From positions 32,001-96,000 of IMG/VR virus record IMGVR_UViG_3300025012_000043: a stretch of DNA of 64,000 bases; one strand, written 5' to 3'. Below are positions 21,401 through 28,808 of this stretch, in pieces. The translations under genes and the position numbers were made by a program. Origin of the DNA: a virus. Under the pieces are notes generated by a model. It worked only from the letters and a program-made list of their open reading frames with translations. It did no database searches and was not told the origin of the DNA. Position 1 is the first letter of the stretch; each line of letters begins with the position of its first letter.

Positions 21401-22017
21401 TTATTTAAATAATGAACATCATTAGTAATAATCGGCTTAATATGAAACTTTTCTGCCATTTCTAACATAACATCTACCCAACCAGCTTGCATTGGTACGC
21501 CGGTTTCCATGACTTCCACATAAAGGTCATCTTTAAAAATTGATTTTAAACGAGATACTGTGGCCACAGCCTCATCAGCTTTATCATTATAAATGTCTCT
21601 AGCAATTAACCCGTGTAAACATGCAGTTGAACAGATAATGCCCTCACTAAATCTGGCAATAACATCTAATGACATTCTTGGCTTATAATAAAAATATTCA
21701 AAAGCATCAGACACTATCTTTATTAAATTTTGATATCCAATACGATTCTTAGCGATTAAAACTATATGCCCAAGTTTCTCTCTACCTTCAAATTTCCTCT
21801 CTTTTGATACATACCCCTCAATGCCTATGCCGCACTTCAAATCAAACTCTTTGCAAGCCTCGTAAAATGGAATGGCACCAAACATTGTGCCATGGTCAGT
21901 TAAACAAGCCCCCTGAAACCCAAGCTTCTTGGTATGCTCTACTATTTTCTTAGGTGATGTGGTGCCGTCCATCAATGAATAAAATGAGTGCTGGTGGCAA
22001 TGTATGAAATCTTGCAT
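18481..22017 (-). CDS. dnaE: DNA polymerase III alpha subunit (family C)
   Basis: PHP motifs HQH, TDHG, NDVH; GPGRGSSAGS, FERFLNPSR, catalytic PDVDID, HASG, KFDLLGL, KAHAAAY. Start set at MQDFIH. Confidence 0.97.
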   Translation of the reverse strand: MQDFIHCHQHSFYSLMDGTTSPKKIVEHTKKLGFQGACLTDHGTMFGAIPFYEACKEFDLKCGIGIEGYVSKERKFEGREKLGHIVLIAKNRIGYQNLIKIVSDAFEYFYYKPRMSLDVIARFSEGIICSTACLHGLIARDIYNDKADEAVATVSRLKSIFKDDLYVEVMETGVPMQAGWVDVMLEMAEKFHIKPIITNDVHYLNKSDAEVQDALLSLQFGTHILDRKRGVVYGEFPDDISKPAILNAEYYMKTRGELEKFASNIPKVAFDNTMEIYEKLEDYNIEFKMGKYMPELPKSFLPANIETNDEYLKTLAYEGLKTRGVATKEYKDRLEYELGIISKLNFSSYFLILGIVIKEVRKRGILIGPGRGSSAGSLVLFALGISGIDPIKYKLMFERFLNPSRIDLPDVDIDFEQRRRPEVIEIVQSIFGADKVSKIATFNNMTTKLAIREAIRAIEPDRRRVDDLIKDLGALDELEPKELFEETAKREEESIISAMEKMKAFKSPRVDKSWYDFAMGLSGNPKSVSIHASGVIISKDRFSDIIPTFKVNSESETALMCDMYVASKVGLVKFDLLGLTTLDIIKITCELIKENHGVNIDPYTLPLDDMKTFKLLQDGNTCRVFQAESDGFTNMMKGLIPTEFEHIIAMNALYRPGALAYDEVIKMSMAEKYIRTKNGLMPPTKIDPCIDDVLAPTHYMMLFQEQIMEIARRVAGYSMAEADHLRKVVGKKLVKEIDEEGEKFITSAIRFGKTKEFAEYIFGLIKPSARYMWPKAHAAAYGVITYITAYLKANYPTEFMCANLIMTDSDQHSIIIADCKKLGIKISRPNINKSKLVFSAFKDTIYIGLSSVKGIGESSAKVVIKEREMNGEYKCFADFINRNKSVPSNQISQLALAGAFLFDPTLNRKDIVKNIQEIKKYVRTKSIAIKTATIKYNESGAFDKPAYKKAMENGQISLDLPNNMITMPWFVKQEEYESAEILENESGTIGLLDVDPVLDLYQALADSVGAISLTKALALPTQSVVYIYGINNGIEVIYPKKDQTWNKFGSVSLIDREGCHDRNINVNTEDLDDKIISGVNYGCIKTSLAKKFAPVILKAIVKYSSKRGKGLTLIGKPILPQYGIKIKNLGFMKQPSKMEGMLIKQVVGDIVNLDILNNTIAKALTDIVGQTIYAVIRE

Positions 22018-22018
22018 G

Positions 22019-23077
22019 TTATCCTTTCTTACTGTTTCTTCTTGCGTACACATTATTAAATATTACATCCATAGTTTCTGGTAATAAAGTACTGGTTATA
22101 ATATTCAATTGTTTCTTTTCTATCGTATTCATGGCCTCCATAACCATTGATCTAATATTACCTGGAGCATGAATTAGTCCTGATATGGCATTATACCAAT
22201 CACGAGGCCGTTGCTCTTCTACTAATATACCATTTACACCATTAGTAATAACTTCTTGATATGGAACAATATTAGATGCCACTGTAACCGCACCAACCGC
22301 CGTATACTCTAACCATTTAATATTACTCTTACTCTTATTAAAAATATTGTGTTCAAGTGGTACTATACCAATATGTGGCTGAATAGATACCAATGTTTGT
22401 AGATAGTCTTTAACTGGTAACCAAGGTATATACTTAATACGAGTATCATCCTTTAGCCCTGCTGGTATCCATCCCATAAAAAACAATTTAATCTTATCAC
22501 CAAAGGTATCGAGTAACTTAATAATCGCTCCCTCTACACCCTTAAAATCATCAATATGTGAAGGCCCTCCAGCATATACTATGCGTATTTCTTTATCAAC
22601 ATTATATGGGCGCTGAGCAATAAAATTTTTGTCTAATTCAATCATATTAGGGATACAATAAATATTCCTATTATAACATTTCATTTGATTCTTTAAAAAT
22701 TCGGTAGAAACTATAACTGCATCCGCTGATTTCATAAAATTTCTAACATTTTGCTTAGCATTATTATCTATAAACTTATAGGCAGGATTTATGGGCCGTA
22801 CATTAAAGAAATCATCATCAGTTTCATATCCCACTATTGCACCAGATTCCTTTGCGGCATTCCATAACGGTTTAACTTTGTCCTCAAAATGCCTTTGGAA
22901 TATAATCATATCATAACAATACATATCAGCTATCTGTAATTCAGTAGCACAAACTATATGATATATATCAGTATTTAATTGTAAATACCAGGCTGGTAAC
23001 ATACACCGATAGTTTCCACAGCCTTGCCGATCGGAAAGCGTATATAACAATTTTCTTTTATTTACTCGCTTCCTCAT
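22019..23077 (-). CDS. GT-B glycosyltransferase (GT4-like)
   Basis: GCGNYR, FQR, YETDD, ADAVIVST, PN, GIVPL..N.FNKSKSNIKWLEY. Confidence 0.85.
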   Translation of the reverse strand: MRKRVNKRKLLYTLSDRQGCGNYRCMLPAWYLQLNTDIYHIVCATELQIADMYCYDMIIFQRHFEDKVKPLWNAAKESGAIVGYETDDDFFNVRPINPAYKFIDNNAKQNVRNFMKSADAVIVSTEFLKNQMKCYNRNIYCIPNMIELDKNFIAQRPYNVDKEIRIVYAGGPSHIDDFKGVEGAIIKLLDTFGDKIKLFFMGWIPAGLKDDTRIKYIPWLPVKDYLQTLVSIQPHIGIVPLEHNIFNKSKSNIKWLEYTAVGAVTVASNIVPYQEVITNGVNGILVEEQRPRDWYNAISGLIHAPGNIRSMVMEAMNTIEKKQLNIITSTLLPETMDVIFNNVYARRNSKKG

Positions 23078-23600
23078 CCTTCTTCTCCTCAGGCCATATA
23101 TAATTAAGTATGGGCTCTATATCATCAGTAATATCTGTTGGTAATTTCTTTAACTGGGCCTTATCTACTACTGATAAACTTCCATCAAACCCATTAAATG
23201 AATCGCCAGTCCAAAAACTAACAGTAAATTTTTGTGATGGCGAACTATCGGAACCAAGTGTAGCAATAATTTTAACCTTGTCCGTGTTTTTATATAATTT
23301 ATTATTATTAGATAATTTCCATCCACGACCCAAAAGATGTATAAATATTTTTTCTTTCTCTATAACTAATACGGCTTTCTTAAATTGAACAGTAGGTGGG
23401 GATGGTAATATTATAGAGGGGACTTCTTCCTTCTTAGATTGCTTAATAGACACCACTTTAACATCTTGTTTCCTAGATATTTTCTTATCTGTCTTCTTGC
23501 CCCTATGCTCTTCACATTTATCTAAATATGGATTAAATTTAGATTTCTCAAATACTATACCACATTGAACACACTTTTGCTGTATTTTGGATGGCGACAT
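23058..23600 (-). CDS. Hypothetical protein with N-terminal Zn ribbon
   Basis: CVQC...CEEH; GGGAG RBS. Confidence 0.55.
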   Translation of the reverse strand: MSPSKIQQKCVQCGIVFEKSKFNPYLDKCEEHRGKKTDKKISRKQDVKVVSIKQSKKEEVPSIILPSPPTVQFKKAVLVIEKEKIFIHLLGRGWKLSNNNKLYKNTDKVKIIATLGSDSSPSQKFTVSFWTGDSFNGFDGSLSVVDKAQLKKLPTDITDDIEPILNYIWPEEKKDEEASK

Positions 23601-23623
23601 ATTCTCCCCATACGATTATTTAC

Positions 23624-23926
23624 TTATTTTATCGTATTAGTGGATTCATCTAAATACTGTGGTTTGATTGGTTTGTCTTCTGGGATCTCTTTATTCTTAA
23701 AAGCTTCCCAATTTAATACTGGCTTATTTAATGCTGCAACCATATACGACAAATCATTCTTTAATTCTTCTAATGTTTCACCATATGGTGACATATAATC
23801 CGTTGTAATGGCAGTAGGTACACCATCTTTATTATAATAAGTTTCATAAATAGCAAATTGCACATTCTCATTCAAACATTTGCCATGATAAGTGCGCTTA
23901 CGAACTACGCGGTAGTTCCATGACAT
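23624..23926 (-). CDS. Hypothetical phage protein (WNYRVV type)
   Basis: MSWNYRVV...IYETYY...GETLEEL..DL..M..AL.KPVL; start trimmed from the ORF-track 23968. Confidence 0.6.
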   Translation of the reverse strand: MSWNYRVVRKRTYHGKCLNENVQFAIYETYYNKDGVPTAITTDYMSPYGETLEELKNDLSYMVAALNKPVLNWEAFKNKEIPEDKPIKPQYLDESTNTIK

Positions 23927-23927
23927 A

Positions 23928-24152
23928 TTATTTAGTTTCCACATTAGGAGTTCCCTCAATAACATCAATCTCTAAATTAACAATTTGAATAACGGCTTCC
24001 TTGTGTCTATTAATCATCTCACCCACAATACGTTGAAAATAGGGGTCAATCAATCCTAGTGTCTGAAAAATACTTACTTCGAATTCCTTGAACTTCTTGT
24101 CAATCTTTGCTTCCATCTCTACCATATGAACCCTCTCTTTTGATTCAGTCAT
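23928..24152 (-). CDS. Hypothetical protein
   Basis: 74 aa, coupled to neighbours. Confidence 0.5.
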   Translation of the reverse strand: MTESKERVHMVEMEAKIDKKFKEFEVSIFQTLGLIDPYFQRIVGEMINRHKEAVIQIVNLEIDVIEGTPNVETK

Positions 24153-24375
24153 TATTTTTACCCTCCTCGTGGGCTCCTGCCTTAGTTTTTGCCGTTGGTT
24201 TAATACTTAACAATGTTATTAACCTATCTAACTTTTCATTCGTACGTTGTAATTCTTTCATTTTTAAAACTTCTATCTGTATGCGGACTATCCCCATCTT
24301 AGCATTTTCCATATAAACTTCTGGTGAGTCAATGTCATCAATACTACTAACATCCCAAAGATTTTTAGCGCTCAT
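24145..24375 (-). CDS. Hypothetical protein
   Basis: 76 aa, AGGAG RBS. Confidence 0.55.
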   Translation of the reverse strand: MSAKNLWDVSSIDDIDSPEVYMENAKMGIVRIQIEVLKMKELQRTNEKLDRLITLLSIKPTAKTKAGAHEEGKNND

Positions 24376-24496
24376 TTATTCTCCTTTTTTAATAATGGGG
24401 TCTAATTTAATATTCACCTTATTCTTATTACGACTACGCTTATTGGATAAGCGTATATTGTACGGAGTCTTATATTTTGGATCGTCTTTAATCATT

Positions 24497-27241
24497 TTAT
24501 TTGCAGCGACTCCATCCGCAAGCCGAGCACTCTATACACTTTGACATATGCACTACGGGATTTCCACACTCAGGACAAGCTTGTTTATATGTAATCGCTG
24601 AATCATGTTTATCCTTATTTTGAACCAATTTATTTTTATTCTCTTTTGCTCCTACATGAGTTTCTATCGCCACACATATGGCATCAGATAATGATGTAAT
24701 GGTACGCCCACCCTTATAGAAAGCCGTCTCCCCAGCGGAGATACCACGAAGTTGTTTCGTGATATATTTTGTAGACACACCACACCGCATAAGTAACGAT
24801 ACCAACCTACCAAGTGCTTCGGCTTCTGCTGCGATCGGTGACCCGGACCGCCCGGCCTTAATAATAACCTCACACAACCCAATATCATCTTCATTGACAG
24901 TGATTAGTGCGTCACCGAACCCAAAAGGTATCTCATATGTACGACCAGTTGGGGCCTCGATTCTAACTCTTGGCCCAAACCCACCATTCTGCTCAATTGG
25001 TTTGGCCTGTTGTCCGGAAGTCAAAACCTGCACACCCTTTGATCCATCACGATAAATAGTTACACCTTTACAACCAAGTTTATATGATAAACGATATGCC
25101 GCATCAATATCTTCTATTGTTGCGTCCTTCTTCATATTAATAGTCTTACTAATTGAATTACCAACATATTTCTGAAATGCTGCTTGCATACGTACGTGCC
25201 ACTCGGGAGCAATATCATGTGCAGTAACAAATATATACTTAATATCTTCTGGTATATTCATCTTCTGTACTGATCCATTGTGTTCATTAAATATGACATC
25301 AAATAGATCTGGGATATTTAAATTGCGTCTACGTATTTCCTCATCAAAATCGCCATGCAATTCACTCAATTTTTTATCGCCAAACGCCATACGATTATAT
25401 GCAACGGCGTATAAAGGTTCAATGCCTGATGATACACCAGCAATAAGAGCTATTGACCCAGTTGGGGCAATGGTAGTAACAATTGCATTTCTGCGGGCCT
25501 CACCAATCTTATCTAACTCCCAAGCTGGGAATATGCCTTTCTCTTTGCCTAATTCAATACTGGCTTCAATCGCACGAGTATTAATATACCCCATGATATG
25601 TTCTGCTTGCTCTAGCCCTTGCATTGAATTATATTGAATCCGCATCTTAATAAGTGCATCAGCAAAACCCATGACACCAAGACCAATCTTTCTGGTCTTC
25701 ATGATGGCATCTTTAATCTCTTGAAGAGGTTGTGGGCTAACATCAAGCACAGCATCCAAAAACCTAACAGCCAATGGTATTAACTTATTTAATTTTTCAT
25801 AATCCCACTCATAGATAACTACACCTTCTGAATCAACCTTTTTCTTTAGCATAGCAACAAGATTAATAGACCCCAATACACATGATTCAGAGGGATATAA
25901 TATTGTCTCACCACAATTTCGCCCAAACACACCACTAGAAACAACAAATTTACCATCTTTTTTGCTCGTTATTATCCCATAATTATGATTGTCATCCACA
26001 GTTATATTATATACATCATCATATCCATAGAATCCCACTGATTTTACTTTATGATTATAATATTGAACCGCCTCATCTAAGTTTTTATTATATTTATATT
26101 TATCTCTATGCCTATGTATATTGGCAACACTATTACTATTAAATGGCATTAAACTATCGCCTTCTTTTAACTCCTTAAGTTCTACCTTCTCACCATTACG
26201 CCTAATAAATTTGTGATCTGGTGTCGCAATAACCGTCGAATCGTCATCGAGTGTGAGCTTCCAAACTTCCTTCTTTTCTCCCGTAAGCCTAGGATTTTTG
26301 CCCCATTTGATCTCTACCTGTCCATTCTCCAAATTACGTGAATACACTGGCACATCATTACCCTCTTCAACTAATTGTCTAATACTAACCGCATTACGTC
26401 CATCAGCAACGGCAATTAGTGTATCTCCAACGACACATGGGTTTGATGCTCGCAAAATCCCAAGCGATGGCGTTGGATTGTCACGATTAACTCTATCAAT
26501 CCACAATACACCTGGGTCACCAATACGCCACGCCATCGACACAATCTTATCCCATACTTCTTTGGCATCTAATTCTCCGACTTTCTCTTTATTACCATAG
26601 ACAGGAAAATATAAATTATATTTCTTACCCTCGTCTCTTGCCTTCATAAATTCATCGGTAACAGCAACTGAAATATTCATATTCTGCGCAGCACCAGAAT
26701 GCTTCATATTAATAAATTCAAGAATGTCTGGATGATGGACAGATAAAATACCCATATTGGCTGATGGTCTAATACCACCTTGATCAACTACTGACATTGC
26801 ATCAGCATAAATTTTAATAAACTGAACAACACCACGAGTCTTATATCCGGTTGACTTAATAATAGTATCTCGTGGTCTAATATTAGACCAGTCCATCCCG
26901 ACACCACCACCAGCCTTTTGAATTAAGGCAGCCTTGCGATAAGTACTAAAAATATCATCTAATGAATCCTGGACATCCAACACAAAGCACGCTGGATAGG
27001 AACATCCATTCCCAGTACCAGCGTTTACTAATGTTGGGGTATTTGGTAAAAATTCTAGATTGGCCATCATGTTAGTATATGATTCAACCAATTCTTCTTT
27101 CTTCTTCTTGGGAAGCTCTTCACAACTGGCTATATCCTTAGCTACCCGTGAAAACAATTCCTCTGGCGTTTCATATGTAGACCCCTTTTTACGAAGGTAC
27201 CTTCTACGCAGTACCGTAAGAGCATTTTGGCTTAAGTGCAT
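24497..27241 (-). CDS. nrdJ: Class II (B12-dependent) ribonucleotide reductase with intein
   Basis: FLPNTPTL, ACFV, GGGVG, NPC|GE, C.LGSINL, TTIAPTG, SISKT, YRDGS, C-terminal TSCPD-like domain and Zn ribbon. Confidence 0.95.
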   Translation of the reverse strand: MHLSQNALTVLRRRYLRKKGSTYETPEELFSRVAKDIASCEELPKKKKEELVESYTNMMANLEFLPNTPTLVNAGTGNGCSYPACFVLDVQDSLDDIFSTYRKAALIQKAGGGVGMDWSNIRPRDTIIKSTGYKTRGVVQFIKIYADAMSVVDQGGIRPSANMGILSVHHPDILEFINMKHSGAAQNMNISVAVTDEFMKARDEGKKYNLYFPVYGNKEKVGELDAKEVWDKIVSMAWRIGDPGVLWIDRVNRDNPTPSLGILRASNPCVVGDTLIAVADGRNAVSIRQLVEEGNDVPVYSRNLENGQVEIKWGKNPRLTGEKKEVWKLTLDDDSTVIATPDHKFIRRNGEKVELKELKEGDSLMPFNSNSVANIHRHRDKYKYNKNLDEAVQYYNHKVKSVGFYGYDDVYNITVDDNHNYGIITSKKDGKFVVSSGVFGRNCGETILYPSESCVLGSINLVAMLKKKVDSEGVVIYEWDYEKLNKLIPLAVRFLDAVLDVSPQPLQEIKDAIMKTRKIGLGVMGFADALIKMRIQYNSMQGLEQAEHIMGYINTRAIEASIELGKEKGIFPAWELDKIGEARRNAIVTTIAPTGSIALIAGVSSGIEPLYAVAYNRMAFGDKKLSELHGDFDEEIRRRNLNIPDLFDVIFNEHNGSVQKMNIPEDIKYIFVTAHDIAPEWHVRMQAAFQKYVGNSISKTINMKKDATIEDIDAAYRLSYKLGCKGVTIYRDGSKGVQVLTSGQQAKPIEQNGGFGPRVRIEAPTGRTYEIPFGFGDALITVNEDDIGLCEVIIKAGRSGSPIAAEAEALGRLVSLLMRCGVSTKYITKQLRGISAGETAFYKGGRTITSLSDAICVAIETHVGAKENKNKLVQNKDKHDSAITYKQACPECGNPVVHMSKCIECSACGWSRCK
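25916..26437 (-). mobile_element. Mini-intein (174 aa) in NrdJ
   Basis: Begins CVVGDT after ASNP; block B ATPDHKF; block F DVYNITVDDNHNY; ends GRN before +1 Cys (CGET); no endonuclease domain. Confidence 0.9.
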
Positions 27242-27259
27242 CTATAGTCTCCCATCTTG

Positions 27260-27733
27260 TTATTCTGAAAATCCCGCTGTACTTCCGAAACCATTCTCAC
27301 CTCGTTCAGTCTTGGGCAATTCATCAACATATTCTATACGATATACAACCGATTGATGTAGCACTAACTGCGCCAGTCGGTCTCCCCTATTAACCACTAC
27401 ATCATATTTATTGGGATTCAATGCAAACACAAGCAAAGCGCCAGTAAAGCCCTCATCTATTGTCCCATCCATAATAAGTAACTTCTTTTTAGCAAATGTT
27501 GAACTACGAGGTCTGATTGATGCCCACGTTCCCCAGGGCAATTTTATACTAATTCCAGTTGGGATATTTATCATACCACCACTCGGGACAATAATTTTCT
27601 CTTCTTCAATACATACAACCAAGTCTAAACCTATATCACCTTCTCGGGCTGGCTTTAATACCGGGGGTATAAATGCCGCATTATCTAATACTTTTACCTG
27701 TAGCCTATTGCTCATTAAACTCTCCTCCTTCAC
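27260..27733 (-). CDS. dut: Trimeric dUTPase-family pyrophosphatase
   Basis: GLDL, PRSS, GTIDEGFTG, RLAQ, RGENGFGST. Confidence 0.9.
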   Translation of the reverse strand: MKEESLMSNRLQVKVLDNAAFIPPVLKPAREGDIGLDLVVCIEEEKIIVPSGGMINIPTGISIKLPWGTWASIRPRSSTFAKKKLLIMDGTIDEGFTGALLVFALNPNKYDVVVNRGDRLAQLVLHQSVVYRIEYVDELPKTERGENGFGSTAGFSE

Positions 27734-28217
27734 AAATATTCAATGACTCACCAAGCGTAAACTCCTCTGTGAGCTCTATAAAATTTTCAGCATTTATCTG
27801 CACAATCTTATTATTTAAAATATTCCCTAATTCTCTATAATTAGTAATCCATCTAGTATTAAATTGTTTGGCGACCCATTTCATATATACTGATATCTTT
27901 ACATCTGCGTCCGCGCACAAAATGACCGATTGATGTAATTTGTTTTTATTATCTATACACCACGAAACCTCTAACCACGTACCAACAGTTGGTATTCCAT
28001 TGATATAAACTACAACAATGTTGGCCCTTTCTAAGGCCAAACGATTAACATCAACTATATAATCTGGGTCCACATCACCCATTGGTATAAATGCCCTGCC
28101 TGGCATAAATAATGTAACATTTTGGTCCTTGTTAACTAAATTGTTAATTACATCATAATAAGCCAATTTATCGGTATTATTATCAACATTCCCCGCACAA
28201 TATACAGAGACTGACAT
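27705..28217 (-). CDS. Nucleoside 2-deoxyribosyltransferase / dNMP N-glycosidase-like protein
   Basis: VYCAG, F.P, N..AL.RANIVV, TVGTWLEV (conserved Glu). Confidence 0.65.
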   Translation of the reverse strand: MSVSVYCAGNVDNNTDKLAYYDVINNLVNKDQNVTLFMPGRAFIPMGDVDPDYIVDVNRLALERANIVVVYINGIPTVGTWLEVSWCIDNKNKLHQSVILCADADVKISVYMKWVAKQFNTRWITNYRELGNILNNKIVQINAENFIELTEEFTLGESLNICEGGEFNEQ

Positions 28218-28769
28218 TTACTCCTCCATCATCCTAAGTAGTGTCATCACCCTATCAACCTCTGCCGAAGTATTCCCATTAATTAGTGACTCTAAAAACT
28301 TAATTTTATCGTGTCTAAGCATATTGAAACATATGTCTCTAATTTGTTGCATATTTGTTTCATCCTTAGTAATCCTCTTCATTATTACTTCAGCAGTATC
28401 ATAATCATCACGATTCCTTTTAATTAAGCGCCCAATCCGTTTAATCGCTGGCGCATCAATATAGACCACGCTCCATAAATATGCCTTGAGGTTCTTGCTA
28501 ATCCAGGTAACCTGTCCCTCTGTCCTAGGAACTCCATCAACCAATATAATTTCCCTATTCGTTCTATTAATGCGATCACTGATCCCTCCCATGATAGCAT
28601 CATCATTATAATAAAGATCACCATTAGCCAGATCCTTATGTGAATCAGCAAGACTTCTAACTATATCGCCAGATGAAATAAATTCTGCCCCAACTATGGC
28701 TGATACTTGTTTAGAAATGGTAGTCTTACCCGAACCAGCCGGACCGATTACCCAGAGAATTCGTCTCAT
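28218..28769 (-). CDS. Adenylate-kinase-like NMP kinase
   Basis: GPAGSGKTT, ISSGDIVR, LVDGVPRT..Q, R.RDD. Confidence 0.9.
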   Translation of the reverse strand: MRRILWVIGPAGSGKTTISKQVSAIVGAEFISSGDIVRSLADSHKDLANGDLYYNDDAIMGGISDRINRTNREIILVDGVPRTEGQVTWISKNLKAYLWSVVYIDAPAIKRIGRLIKRNRDDYDTAEVIMKRITKDETNMQQIRDICFNMLRHDKIKFLESLINGNTSAEVDRVMTLLRMMEE

Positions 28770-28808
28770 TATATACCCCTAAAAATTTATACTATACCCT
28801 TTGTATCG

